Assembly: GCA_002269645.1 (NCBI GenBank)
Contig: NIVC01000988.1
Location: 1 to 64,000 of the forward strand
DNA: 64,000 nt
Direction of reading: 5' to 3'
From: Macrostomum lignano
Lineage: Eukaryota
Shown here: positions 37,754-59,515 of the stretch, one piece after another
How positions within the stretch are numbered: the stretch's first letter is position 1
Layout of the letters: each line of letters opens with the position of its first letter
Program-made: the position numbers and the translations under genes
The notes under the pieces: generated by a model
Databases searched by the model: none
What the model was told of the DNA's origin: nothing
The model's input: only the letters and a program-made list of their open reading frames with translations

Positions 37754-38951
37754 TGTTGAATTTTTGAGGGAAGCTGAAATGCAGATGAAGTTAAAATGAA
37801 CACAGTGAAAGATAAAGAAGAGAGTGAGAACAGAGGGAGAACAGAGAGAGAAGAGGGAGAACAGAGAGAGCAGAAGGCAGAAGTGCTCAATGCACAGTGG
37901 GATCAGCAAACCAGATTTCAAGGCATTTCCAGCCTCATTCCAAATCGACTCACCTGTCAAATGCAAAATGCAGTCAGATTTTGAGTCAGGGAGTTCAGTG
38001 CTGGTCAAGGAATTCTTGGCTGAATATCCTCTGCTGCCAGTGCAAGGCTGCTGAGCTCTGCAAAAGCCGGTGTGCCACACACTTTGAATCGGTGCCAGTA
38101 TCGCAGGTCACAGAACTGCATCTCTGCAGCTGCAAGAGTGCTCAGTCTGAGAAATTACTGAGCACACACTGGTACCTGTTTTGGGTGAGTTTTCTATTGC
38201 AGATAATTATTAATTTAACTTTGTTTGTCTGTGCAGCGGTGCGAAATTCGAATTTCTCGCTATTCGATGTTGGAAATGTGCATCGGAGACCGAGTTGGTC
38301 TGGCTGGCAACTCCTGCTGCACTCAGCTGAGCTCTGCAGTCTCTGCGCCTCTCATTCCGTTTCTGTGTGTGCAGCCTGCGGTCTGGTGTACTTTGCCAGC
38401 AGCTGTGCGATGAAGCTCGCGTGTGCAGAGCGGCCTGCAGTAACAATGGAGACTGCTGGCTGAGAAATGAGTGGGGAGAGAGAAGGTGCGATGAGGGCTG
38501 AGTGATGTGCCACAGTTCCCTCGTCACTGTTTGTAAATTCTCGCATCATAGCAAAGCAATGCACGAGTACTTCTTTCCCCCAACTCGTGCTCCCCAGCAA
38601 CTGCAATAATTGCTCGATTCCTTCATTTTGTCTTGGCCAATCATCTATGCAATCAATCCGAAATATCTTAATACTTCTGCACTACTGTAGTTCAGTTGTT
38701 CAGAAACATTTTCAGTACAGAAAATTATTCATCAATAACATTTTTTCTGTATCATAACTGCATGTAATACTTGCTAGCTGATATAATAATCTTAAATCTC
38801 TACAGAGATATTGCTGTCTAGTCTGGATTTTTCATTAGAAACATGTGGCGCAGACAGAAATTTTAATCTAGGCGGGATGCGAAGGTTGTTCAAGAGTCAT
38901 TGTAACATCATCAACACAATCAAGTGCAGTGGAGTCAGTGAACAGAATATT

Positions 38952-39400
38952 TTAGCGCCACAGGATAGATTCTAGCGCTACAGGATAGATTCTAACGCCA
39001 CAGGATAGATTCTAGCGCCACAGGATAGATTCTAGCGCCACAGGATAGATTCTAGCGCCACAGGATAGATTCTAGCGCCACAGGATAGATTCTAGCGCCA
39101 CAGGATAGATTCTAGCGCCACAGGATAGATTCTAGCGCCACAGGATAGATTCTAACGCCACAGGATAGATTCTAGCGCCACAGGATAGATTCTAGCGCCA
39201 CAGGATAGATTCTAGCGCCACAGGATAGATTCTAGCGCCACAGGATAGATTCTAGCGCCACAGGATAGATTCTAGCGCCACAGGATAGATTCTAGCGCCA
39301 CAGGATAGATTCTAGCGCCACAGGATAGATTCTAGCGCTACAGGATAGATTCTAGCGCCACAGGATAGATTCTAGCGCCAAATGATAGATTCTAGCGCCA
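38952..39400. repeat. 20-bp minisatellite CAGGATAGATTCTAGCGCCA, ~22 units, followed by degenerate TCTCATATCTACTG repeats to ~39640
   Basis: Near-perfect tandem array. Confidence 0.97.
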
Positions 39401-40061
39401 TTTTAAAGGTTCATATTGTCTCATATCTACTGTCTCATCTCTCTCATAGCTACTGTCTCATCTCTCATATCTACTGTCTCATCTCTCTCATATCTACTTT
39501 CCCATCTCTCATATCTACTGTCCCATCTCACTCATATCTACTATCTCCTATCTACTATTTCATCTGTTTCTCTTATCTCTTGTCACATTTCTCATATCTA
39601 CTGTCTCATCTCTCTCATATCTACCGTCTCATCTATCCTACCCTTTATCATGCCCTTCAGATACTTACGATTATTTAGCAAGCCTAGTATCACATTCTCT
39701 CGCACTCTTCTGCAGCTTGTCATTGCGCATTCCCAACGGAGCCACGAGAGAGTCTAGCTCAGCCTCACGTGAGCTCAGTCGCTCAGTTATAAGAACGGAA
39801 ATTACAAGCCTCTGCATGGATCAACAGGTATGTTTGCCCTGCGTCAGGTCTGTGCAGAGCGAAAACGAAAAAAAAGCACTTCCTGCTGATCTGTGCATGT
39901 CAAGATGTACAAGCTGGTTACATCTGGCTGAGAGAGGAATTTATAATTAAGTAAGGCGAGTGAGGTAATTGGAAACCTGCTTTGAAATACTGCCTTTATA
40001 CAGACGCATGGATATCAATATTGCAGTTTTCTGTAGCCGTAATATTTAGCCGTAAGAAAAC

Positions 40062-40645
40062 AGGGTGCGATGGGAGACAGGGTGAGATGGGAGACAGGGT
40101 GCGATGGGAGACAGGGTGCGATGGGAGACAGGGTGAGATGGGAGACAGGGGAGATGGGAGACAGACAGAGAGAAGGAAGATAGGAGGTGAGAGGGAGTCA
40201 GGGAGAGACAGGAAGAGAGAGGGAAGAAGAACAGAGAAAAGAGGGTCAGGGGTGGAGGGGAGACAGGGGCAGGCAGGGGGAGACAGGGGCAGACAGGGGG
40301 AGGCAGGGGCAGACAGGGGAGACAGGGGCAGACAGGGGGAGACAGGGGCAGACAGGGGGAGACAGGGGCAGACAGGGGGAGACAGGGGCAGACAGGGGGA
40401 GACAGGGGCAGACAGGGGGAGGCAGGGGCAGACAGGGGGAGACAGGGGCAGAAAGGGGGAGATAGCGGGGACAGGGGGAGACAGAGAGAGACAGGGGGAG
40501 GCAGGGGCAGACAGGGGGAGATAGGGAGACAGGGGGAGACAAGGGCAGACAGGGGCAGACAGGGGCAGACAGGGGGAGACAGGGGCAGACAGGGGCAGAC
40601 AGGGGGAGACAGCGGGGACAGGGGGGAGACAGAGAGAGACAGGGG
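40062..40645. repeat. ~10-bp purine-rich satellite (GGGGAGACAG/GGGGCAGACAG)n
   Basis: Tandem array; reverse-complement family of 34912-35400. Confidence 0.95.
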
Positions 40646-40973
40646 AGAAAAGCAGAGTAAGGGAGAGGGGGTCGGGGGAGAGGGAGAGAGGCATATGGGG
40701 AAGGTATGAGGCTGGATGGAGACAAAGAAGAAGGCAAATGGCTACATATTTAGCGTATGTGCCTTTTACGGTGCCGCACAGACTCAGTTCACAGATGAGC
40801 AAGTTCGAAAATTCTATTTATAAACCCTTCAAGGCAGTCCAGCTCGAATCCAAGAATCAGGCGTCCGTGCTCTGCTCAGGCACCGTTTGAGCAGAAAGAA
40901 GTAGCTGAATGCCGAATAGCCAGTAATCACGGCACCCGCGCGACACCCTCCTCTCTACCCTACCCTCATCGCG

Positions 40974-41075
40974 CTGATTGGCTGAGCTGCACCTCAGGCC
41001 TTCACCCCTTCCCTCTCCCCTCTCTCCTCGCTAACTTGTGTGTGCGCGCTCTGTTTCATGCTCAATCTGACGTCT
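40974..41075 (+). promoter_or_regulatory. Putative PRKAR2 proximal promoter: CCAAT box and CRE-like site
   Basis: CTGATTGGCTG at 40974-40984 (NF-Y-type) and TGACGTCT at 41068-41075 (7/8 CRE), 150-250 bp upstream of the ATG. Confidence 0.4.
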
Positions 41076-41224
41076 AATTAACAGACCGAGGGGAGCGAGG
41101 AAGAGCAAGAGAAAAAGAGACAGAAAGCCAGGAAAACGGGATAAAAGCCGCGATAAAATTAGCTACATTTTGGGACAACAAATCAAAGAGGCTCTCAAAG
41201 AATCAGCCGTAGAATCTGCTGATC

Positions 41225-44200
41225 ATGTCATCGCCAACAGGGCCAAGCTTCGAAGTCCCAGACGGACTACAGTCGCTGCTTCAAGACTTCACAGTGTCGG
41301 TGCTCCGCCGCCGACCAACCAATCTGGTCCACTTTGCTGCCGCTTACTTTCGACGGCTCGACCTGGTTAACAGTGCCGTCGAAGGCGACGCTGCTGCCGT
41401 TCTGACGGTGCCAGCCAGAGAGGACTCTGGCGCCGAGACGGATGATGACCTCGATATCGCTGCCGCTGCCGCTGCCGCCGCCGCCGAGGCCGGCAAAGTA
41501 CCTCCATGGCGAGCCAATCGACGCCCAAGCGTCGCCGCTCCGTCCTTCGACCCGGAGAAAAGCGAGGCCACCTACCAGCGCAAGATTGTGCCGAAAAGCG
41601 ACGAGCAGAGACGGCGCCTGACGGAAACGGTGAAGCACATTCTTCTATTCCGGAGTCTGGACCGGGTCAGTCTGAGTCACGTGATCGACGCCATGCAGGA
41701 ACTCAGCGTCAAAGCTGGTGACATGATCATCGAGCAGGATCAGGAGGGCGATAATTTCTACGTGATCGAACGGGGCATCTTTGAGGCGTACGTGACTGAC
41801 TCGGTGAGCGGCGAGCGTCGTCTTGGTGTCACCTACAATCACAGCGGCTCGTTTGGCGAGCTCGCCCTAATGTACTATTGCCCCAGGGCGGCCACCGTGA
41901 TTGCTAAAACTGACGGTGTACTTTGGTCGCTGGACTTGGACACCTTCCAGCAGAAGGTGCTGATGTCGGCGTTTAAAAATCGGAAGAAATACGAAGCCTT
42001 CCTGGCTGCCGTGTCGTTGCTGTCGGAGCTCACGCACTACGAGAGGCAGAATGTGGCCGACGCTCTTAAGGAGAGGGAATACGATGATGGTGAGCGGAGT
42101 ACTCGCTGATAGGGCGGATTGTGAATGGGGCGGATTGTGAATAGAGGCGGATTGTGAATGGGGCGGATTGTGAATAGGGGCGGATTGTGAATGTGGCGGA
42201 TTGTGAATGGGGCGGATTGTGAATGGGGCGGATTGTGAATAGAAGCGGATTGTGGATGGGGCGGATTGTGAATAGGGGCGGATTGTGAATAGGGGCGGAT
42301 TGTGAATAGTGGCGGATTGTGAATAGGGGCAGATTGTGAATAGAGGCTGATTGTGAATAGGGGCGGATTGTGAAAAGGGGCGGATTGTGAATAGGGGCGG
42401 ATTGTGAATAAGGGCGGATTGTGAATAGGGGCGGATTGTGAATAGGGGCGGATTGTGAATAGGGGCGGATTGTGAATAAGGGCAGTTTGTGAATAGGGGC
42501 GGATTGTGAGTGGGGCGGATTGTGAATTAGGGCGGATTGTGAATAGGGGCGGATTGTGAATGGGGCTGATTGTGAATGGGGCGAATTGTGAATGGGGCGG
42601 ATTTTGAATGGGCGGGTTGTGAATAGGGGCGGATTTTGGATCGAACATATTGTTAATGACTCGGATTATGAATGGGGTGGATTGTGAATGAGGTTGCTTG
42701 TGAATAGGACCGATTGTGAATAGAGGCGGATTGTGAATTAGAGCAGATTGTGAATAGGGGCGAATTGTGAATAGGGGCGGATTGTGAATAGGGGCGGATT
42801 GTGAATAGGGGCGGATTGTGAATAGGGGCGGATTGTGAATAGGGGCAGATTGTGAATAGGGGCGGATTGTGAATGGGGCGGATTGTCAATGGGCGGATTG
42901 TGAATGGGGCGGATTGTGAATGAGGCGGATTTTGAAAGGTGCGGATTGTGAGTGGGGCGGATCGTGAATTAGGGCGGATTGTGAATAGGGGCGAATTGTG
43001 AATGGGGCTGATTGTGAGTGGGGCGAATTGTGAGTGGGGCGAATTGTGAATGGGGTGAATTGTGAATGGGGCGAATTGTGAATGGGGCGAATTGTGAATG
43101 GGGCGAATTGTGAATGGGGCGAATTGTGAATGGGGCGAATTGTGAATGGGGTGGATTGTGAATGGGGCGAATTGTGAATGGGGCGAATTGTGAATGGGGT
43201 GGATTGTGAATGGGGCGAATTGTGAATGGGGCGATTTTGAATAGGGCGGATTGTGAATAGGGGGCGAATTGTGAATGGGGCGATTTTGGATAGGGGCGGA
43301 TTGTGAATAGGGGCAGATTGTGAATAGGGGCGGATTGTGAATGGGGCGGATTGTCAATGGGCGGATTGTGAATGGGGCGGATTGTGAATGGGCGGATCGT
43401 GAATGGGGCGGATTGTGAATGGGGCTGATTTTGAAAGGTGCGGATTGTGAGTGGGGCGGATCGTGAATTAGGGCGGATTGTGAATAGGGGCGGATTGTGA
43501 ATGGGGCTGATTGTGAGTGGGGCGAATTGTGAGTGGGGCGAATTGTGAATGGGGTGGATTGTGAATGGGGCGAATTGTGAATGGGGCGAATTGTGAATGG
43601 GGCGATTTTGAATAGGGCGGATTTTGAATAGGGGGCGAATTGTGAATGGGGCGATTTTGAATAGGGCGGATTTCGAATAGGGGCGGATTGTGAATAGGGG
43701 CGGATTGTGAATAGGGGGCGAATTGTGAATGGGGTGGATTGTGAATGGGGCGAATTGTGAATGGGGCGAATTGTGAATGGGGTGAATTGTGAATGGGGCG
43801 AATTGTGAATGGGGCGAATTGTGAATCGGGTGGATTGTGAATGGGGCGAATTGTGAATGGGGCTGATTGTGAGTGGGGCGAATTGTGAGTGGGGCGAATT
43901 GTGAATGGGGTGGATTGTGAATGGGGCGAATTGTGAAAGGGGCGAATTGTGAATGGGGCGATTTTGAATAGGGCGGATTTTGAATAGGGGGCGAATTGTT
44001 AATGGGGCGATTTTGAATAGGGGCGGATTGTGAATAGGGGCGGATTGTGAATAGGGGCAGATTGTGAATAGGGGCGGATTGTGAATGGGGCGGATTGTCA
44101 ATGGGCGGATTGTGAATTAGGGCGGATTGTGAATGGGCGGATCGTGAATGGGGCGGATTGTGAATGGGGCTGATTTTGAAAGGTGCGGATTGTGAGTGGG

Positions 44201-45208
44201 GCGGATTGTGAATTAGGGCGGATTGTGAATAGGGGCGGATTGTGAATGGGGCTGATTGTGAGTGGGGCGAATTGTGAGTGGGGCGAATTGTGAATGGGGT
44301 GGATTGTGAATGGGGCGAATTGTGAATGGGGCGATTTTGAATAAGGCGGATTTTGAATAGGGGGCGAATTGTGAATGGGGCGATTTTGAATAGGGCGGAT
44401 TTCGAATAGGGGCGGATTGTGAATAGGGGCGGATTGTGAATAGGGGCGGATTGTGAATAGGGGGCGAATTGTGAATGGGGAGATTTTGAATAGGGCGGAT
44501 TTCGAATAGGGGCGGATTGTGAATAGGGGCGGATTGTGAATAGGGGCGGATTGTGAATAGGGGGCGAATTGTGAATGGGGAGATTTTGAATAGGGCGGAT
44601 TTCGAATAGGGGCGGATTGTGAATAGGGGCGGATTGTGAATAGGGGGCGAATTGTGAATGGGGAGATTTTGAATAGGGCGGATTTCGAATAGGGGCGGAT
44701 TGTGAATAGGGGCGGATTGTGAATAGGGGGCGAATTGTGAATGGGGAGATTTTGAATAGGGCGGATTTCGAATAGGGCTGATTGTGAATAGGGGCGGATT
44801 GTGAATCGAGACACTTCATTCGAAGCCCCCCGATCTCCATTCCCAGGCGAGCCCATACTCTTCCAGGGCGACCCCGGCAACGAAATGTTCTTCGTCGAGG
44901 AGGGCAGCGTGAAGGTGATGCGCCGGCACTCGGACAATGGCCTGGAGACTCAGGTGAACCACCTGGAGAAGGGCGCCTATTTTGGCGAACTGTCGCTCAT
45001 CACAAAGCAGCCCAGAGCGGCCAGTTGCTACTCGGTCGGTCGCACCCGAGTCTGCGTGCTCCACGTGTCGGACTTCGAGCGTCTGCTCGGCCCCTGTCTG
45101 GAGGTGATGCGTCGCAACATCGACAGCTACAGGAGCCAGCTAAGGGAGATCTTCGGCGACGCCACCAGCGCGGCTGCTGCACCTCTTCGCGTTGAAGCGT
45201 CCGTTTAA
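41225..45208 (+). CDS. PRKAR2: cAMP-dependent protein kinase regulatory subunit type II, ~408 aa, 2 exons
   Basis: Exons 41225-42089 and 44847-45208 (phase 1, GTGAGC...CCCAG). RII dimerisation/docking domain (LQSLLQDFTVSVLRRRP), phosphorylatable inhibitor site RRPSV (type II), and two cNMP cassettes SFGELALMYYCPRAATV and YFGELSLITKQPRAASC. Confidence 0.95.
42108..44805. repeat. 15-16-bp minisatellite GGGGCGGATTGTGAATA, ~170 units, filling the PRKAR2 intron
   Basis: 2.7-kb array with local higher-order repeats (e.g. 44390-44770). Confidence 0.98.
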
Positions 45209-46514
45209 ATGTGCTAATCAGACGGAGGCTAAGTTTGCAAATTGATTGATTTTCACAGAAAACATTCATTCGCCTAGAAAGAAAGAAAGAGAGAAAGAGA
45301 TCATACTTTCTCGATTTGTCAATGCGGAAGTTATTTAATTTAGTTATACGAGTACGCTCGTAGCTAGGAAAACTGATAATTGATAACTATTTAATCACAT
45401 TTGAACTAAGAAATAACTGTTTAAAGAGATAACACATAATTTCGATTTTTGTCTTTTGCTGCGATTGCGACCCCTTGTTTTAGTCCTACGAGCGTATTCT
45501 ACTGATGCGTACATGTTATAATCTCTTTTCAATGTGACGCGATAAATCCCAATATTCTAACTTGGTTGACCTTTTCATAGGCTCGTAATTATTGAGGAAA
45601 AGGAAGTTAAGCGAAACTGACTAGATGTACTTTTTAGATTTCCGCTATACAGTAGAATTTAATCTGTGGAAAATATTGATTTTAGCGCTTAGTGGAAAGA
45701 ATGGCCGAGGTTCTAGTGTGGGCTTGTTTAGGGGTAGAAAAAATCGATTTATTCTCTTGCAGTGGTGTACATTTTCGGGCACAAGTTTAAGCGGAGGGAA
45801 GACAGTTAAACGTATGTACATAGGGGAATGTACAATATTGATCTAAAAATAGCTCTCGAGGAAATGGGGTGGGTGGCTTGGGGAAAGGAGACGGGGTAGA
45901 AAATCATTTTCGCTATCTTAGTACAAATGTAAATCTATTAGGGATGTACATTTACGGCTGTTTTAAAGTCCGGAGGATAATTAGTAAAAAAGTTAAACTC
46001 ATTTGAATTTTAATAGCCTGCGACGCAGCAGCTAATCCATTGATAAAGTTCTGTCAATATGTAAGGAAGGCTCAATATAAAAGGTTCGTATCATATACCC
46101 TGTAATTAAGGCTCGTACTCTTTTTGTGTGCTTAGAAAATATCCTTACACTTACACGTCTACATTGCAAGTATGCTATAAAATGCTTTTCAAAGTCTCTC
46201 CTCTCTCCTAACAAAGAAGATTTCCTATACAATAACTAAAATATTACAGTTAATCGTAAATTGTGTATGTCAAATTGGGTTGGAAAGCGACTTAATAAAA
46301 GCAGGATGCTGGATCGCTTTTATATTTTTCCTATTTTATAATTTTTTCCTTCTATAAGCTACTGTTGTGCGCTATTATTTATAAATTATAACACCTAGTC
46401 TAGTGTCGTACCGTGAGTGCGGGTTGCCCCAACAATTTTTGTCCTGCCTATAGACAGAACGACTTTATGCCCTGCTTGTTAGTTGTTACTCGCTTCTAAT
46501 TAACTAATTTAGGC

Positions 46515-46705
46515 TAATCCTGACACCCTCTTCTCTCTCTTTTTGGCTAATCGTGACACCCCTTTTTGGCTAATCCTGACACCCCTTTTTGGTTAATCCT
46601 GACACCCCTTTTTGGCTGATCCTGACACCCCTTTTTGGCTAATCCTAACACCCTTTTTGGCTAATCCTGACACCCCTTTTGGGCTAATCCTGACACCCCT
46701 TTTTT
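46515..46705. repeat. ~23-bp minisatellite GGCTAATCCTGACACCCCTTTTT
   Basis: About 8 units. Confidence 0.92.
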
Positions 46706-47083
46706 GCAATAGCGTGTATAATTCTTAATTTCAATTTGTTATAATTTAACATTATTTGGTCCCTTTTTTGTAGCTTGTATGAACGAGAGTTGTTGTTTTG
46801 CAGTGTTATATCGTAAATTTAATAAATGAATATTAATGATAAATTTGGAATTAGATCGCATTTTCAATGTTAGTCGAAATGATTCGTGCATGGCTAAGAA
46901 TGGTAGAAAAGTCACGAACTTGCGCGAAGCGCGCTCTCCACCAGTCGCGTTGTTTCCCATGCTTCCGTGTTCCCAATATATCCAATCAATCCACGCTACT
47001 CTCATTCGTGCTCAATAACTCTAAAATTCGAATTTCATTGACTTTGTGAGCACCTGCAGTGTACTTTTAGGTCGGTTTGCCTA

Positions 47084-47604
47084 CTGTCTACTTGTCTACT
47101 GTCGACCTGCCTTCTGTCTACCTGTCGTCTGTCTACCTGTCGACCTGCCTTCTGTCTACATGTCGTCTGTTTACCTGTTTACCTATATTCTGTCTACCTG
47201 TCTTCTGTCTACCTGTCTTCTGTCTACCTGTCTTTTGTCTACCTGTCTTCTGTCTACCTGTCTACCTTTCTTCCGTCTGCCTGTATTCTGTCTACCTGTC
47301 TTCTGTCTACCTGTCTACCTGTCTTCTATCTACCTGTCTTCTGTCTACCTGTCTTCTGTCTACCTGTCTTCTGTCTACCTGTTTACCTGTCTTCTGTCTA
47401 CCTGTCTTCTGTCTACCTGTTTACCTGTCTTCTGTCTGCCTGTCTTCTGTTTACCTGCCTACCTGTCTTCTGTCTACCTGTCTTCTGTCTACCTGTCTAC
47501 CTTTCTTCCGTCTGCCTGTATTCTGTATACCTGTCTTCTGTCTACCTGTCTACCTTTCTTCCGTCTGCCTGTATTCTGTCTACCTGTCTTCTGTCTACTT
47601 GTCT
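47084..47604. repeat. 15-bp minisatellite CTGTCTACCTGTCTT
   Basis: Tandem degenerate array. Confidence 0.94.
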
Positions 47605-48421
47605 AGACAGACAAGATCAAGACAAGACAGATCAAGACAGACAACTGCTTACTGTCTACCTGTCAATTTGTGTTCTGTCTACCTGTCTACATATCTCTTA
47701 TTATCTATACCTGTCATAGCTATTGATTCATGTCTATTAAGACGCCATATAGTGAATTTGTTTTAAAAAATTCATGTAGGTACATGTAATATTCTAATTG
47801 AGATACCTCATACCTGCTATTTGCTCCTTTAGTAATGTTAATTACAGTACAGTCAATACGTGGTCTACTAGCTCGTGCTCGTAGCCTATACAATTGCAGA
47901 TGGAATTTGAGCCTCGCTTGAGTCACAACTCTAGGCTCATGTCGTGTTTCAGCCTCACTAATTGCTCACTATAGAGCCTATCCAAAATCCAAAATCTTAA
48001 CATATGCGCTCTCAAACTTCGCCTCTGAAATCAACCTGCTTACAATTTTTTAAACCTGCAAAAGCCTCCCTGCTTCTCGCTTTAAGTAGGACGTCTCAAA
48101 AAAATCGATACGAATTCTCTCTACCCCGTAACCTCACGCTCTGGGGGGCTTTTGAGAAAAATTTATACACTTACAAGCTTAGACATTTAGGACTCCCAAT
48201 GAAATCGATGACATCCACTTTAGCCAACTGCAGAATGCCTAGATACTACGCATGCACCTTCCTTGCTTACTGTACATTTATACTCTTAGTTCTCTTTTCT
48301 CATAGTGGCACACTGCGGGCAATGACTTAATAGTTAACTGCTACAATTATGATCAGCTGGCATATCCGCCTGATAAAATAGGCGTACGTACTGTACACGC
48401 AATGCTAAAGCGACCAAGACA

Positions 48422-48790
48422 GCACCCCCCAATTTAAGACAGCGACCCTATCAAGCCAACGCCCCAATTTAAGACAGCGACCCGATCAAGCCAACACCCC
48501 AATTTAAGACAGCGACCCTATCAAGCCAACACCCCAATTTAAGACAGCGACCCGATCAAGCCAACACCCCAATTTAAGACAGCGACCCTATCAAGCCAAC
48601 ACCCCAATTTAAGACAGCGACCCTATCAAGCCAACACCCCAATTTAAGACAGCGACCCTATCAAGCCAACACCCCAATTTAAGACAGCGACCCTATCAAC
48701 AAGTTCCAACACCCCAATTCAAAACAGCGACCCGATCAAAGACAACACCCTAATTCAAAACAGCGATCCGATCAAAGACAGCTAGCACCC
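48422..48790. repeat. 35-bp minisatellite AATTTAAGACAGCGACCCTATCAAGCCAACACCCC
   Basis: About 10 units. Confidence 0.95.
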
Positions 48791-49803
48791 CCATGAATAG
48801 AGACAGCTTACCATAAAGACAGCACCTCAAATTATATAACGTGCAATGGAAATGCGACGCACGTTAGCAGACGGTAATTACATGTACTGCACGTACATGC
48901 AGTAGATATACATGTACGTATATACATGTAGTGTATGTAGTTGCCAACTTGCCAATGAATGGTACAATGCCCCACTAGCTCTGCACAGGTAATTAAGCAT
49001 GCAGGAAGCAGGAAGCTAAAATAATTTTCTGACTCAAATCTTTTCATCCGCGCGGGAATTCATATAAAATAATTCTTCACTAATTTTTCCGCGCTAATAC
49101 ACTGAAAATCTTGAACAGTTTTATGCGATGGCGAGATGAGATTTTAAAACGCGTCAAATGGCTCTGAGAGAATTGGGACGTCCTAATCTTAAATAATTCG
49201 GTTTGGCCAAGGTTGGAAAAGGGAATTAATGAGAGGCAAGAAATTGGGAAGAAATTATAAACGGTTGATGGCAGATGCAAAACTCAGCACTGCGCACGAA
49301 AGGTAAAAATCTGAAAATTCCGTTTCTCGCCCCAAGCGACGGGAAGAAGATTGCAATACTTAATTCGGCGCCGCCAAGCCGCGTGCGCCAGGTGTGCACG
49401 CAACGAAAAATAAGCTGGTAGCTCGTAGACTTTCAGGAGTAGACAATTTTTTTAAATAGAACAAAAAACTGTCAACTGCATCGTGTACATGCAGTTCAAA
49501 GTGTGCATCGCAAGGAAAAGCATTTCAAAGCATTCGGTTATCAAAAGCTGTTAAAGAATTGTAATTTATACCAGATTTATTAGCATTATATTCCATTTAA
49601 TAATACCGTATAAAAGAAAATAGAACTTCGGCAGTTTAGCTAATAGTTGTGTCGTAATAAATAATAGTAGCTAACAAAAATGTAGCAATTCTAGACAAAC
49701 TTTTTGTTGTTACTGTTTTTCTGGTTATAGTGCTAGATTATATTAGCTAAAATTATCCTTTGATAAAAAAAGTTTAGCTTATACTGTGTTTTACTTTTAA
49801 ATA

Positions 49804-49817
49804 GTTACCATAACAAT
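49804..49817. promoter_or_regulatory. Degenerate X-box (GTTACCATAACAAT) ~125 bp upstream of the SAXO ATG
   Basis: Fits the relaxed RYYNYYWWRRNRAY consensus at the typical promoter-proximal distance. Confidence 0.45.
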
Positions 49818-49941
49818 GTTTTTAGTGCGATTTTAACAGTTACTTAGCATGTAGCTTTTAAACATTAATTTTTTTAACTTCTGGTCGGTCTAGAAACTAC
49901 ATAGGGTCATATTCTTCTGTTGTTACAAAATCCGAAAAAAC

Positions 49942-58155
<8,214 letters not shown>

Positions 58156-58480
58156 CGTTCTTGGCGATTGGCTTCAGTTGAAGATGAATAACCGCCAACT
58201 TTACCGTTGTTTGGGTCGCTTTTTGTTTATTTGTTTTATTTATCTATCACCGGTTTGTTAAACTGCACTTTTTCAACTCGACTGTCCTGAAATTCACCGT
58301 TTTTTCAACTCTTCACAGTCACTCAGTTGTTCCTTTGCAATATTTTTTTATTAAGTTTTCCCCATCCGGACATAAGTCGCTTTTTCAAGTCACTTTATCA
58401 TCGATTCACAGGCTATTTTTTCGAATTTTATGTAGGGATCGAGTGCACTATAGCATCTACATAGCAAGTGCAATCGAAGG

Positions 58481-58484
<4 letters not shown>

Positions 58485-58538
<54 letters not shown>
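58485..58538. repeat. (GT)n microsatellite
   Basis: About 27 dinucleotides. Confidence 0.98.
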
Positions 58539-58540
<2 letters not shown>

Positions 58541-59379
58541 TTTTTCACGACGTTTCATGCACCTTTTTGATTTTTGGACCAAAAGTCACGTTTTGCACGT
58601 TTTGTATTCGCGTATACGTGTACTGTCGAGAGCTTATTGTCAAGGTCGGACGGTTTAGTAAATTAGTTTCCATTTGCAAGAGACGGTTCTCTACTGATCC
58701 ATAGCATAGGTTGTTTTTGACGGGAACTGGACTTTTAAGTTAAATAAGTTTGTTGGAATCAAGGAGAGAGATGATGAAAGAAAAGATGAAATACTCGCAT
58801 CTAAGGTCCCGAGGGCAGGTTAGAGAATCAGGTTGCAGACTGGAGTTTGCCAACCCTGTCTTGCATTAAATACACACTTTTAGCTTCATTTGTAATTCTA
58901 AATGAAGAGGGAACTTAATCAGTTTAACAGTGATGAACCATCATGCTTCACGTACGCTTTATGCCTGATGCTTTGGCTGCGTGTTTGCCCGGACTTAAAA
59001 ATAATCAAAATTGATTAACGCTTTTATTAATTCACTCATTTCAATATTTAGATAGCTGCGAAATTCACTTTACAATGCCAAACAAATTATATTTCTAGAA
59101 TTCACTTTTGAGTATAGCTATAAGCAGCTTTTTATTTCTTTATATTGACGGATTTTTCTATTTCAGTTGTAAAATTTTCAACGATTATTTTCAAAAAAAT
59201 GATTGATTTTTACGGTCGTATAAATATACTGTTGTTTATAAGAAGAATTTAAAATCCATTGTTGTAGCGGAACTAAATATTCTATGAAACACGATGAACT
59301 ATGAAACACTCTCAATGAGATTCAACCATGTTTTATCGAATATCAACTAACTTGTCTATCAATATTGAAACAAACGTTA

Positions 59380-59515
59380 GGGCCGCTGTACACTCCTGTG
59401 TGAGTGTGCGCCTGCGTACGTATCCGCGCGCTTGTGTGCCTGCTTAGGGGAGTCGGCAGAATGGGCAGTAATGCCTCTCGCCGGTTGCGTGCCAATGTCG
59501 CTTAAAGTGCACCAG
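59380..59515. repeat. Dispersed ~150-bp repeat, copy B
   Basis: Homologous to 51586-51735, same orientation. Confidence 0.7.

Noticed and set aside
42037-44937. Long minus-strand ORFs (203-623 aa, TIRPYSQSAP repeats)
   Set aside because: They are stop-free translations of the C-rich strand of the intronic satellite; the plus strand splices cleanly across it.
46739-47049. Short ORFs between PRKAR2 and SAXO as a gene or transposase fragment
   Set aside because: No recognisable motif, splice structure or consistent frame.
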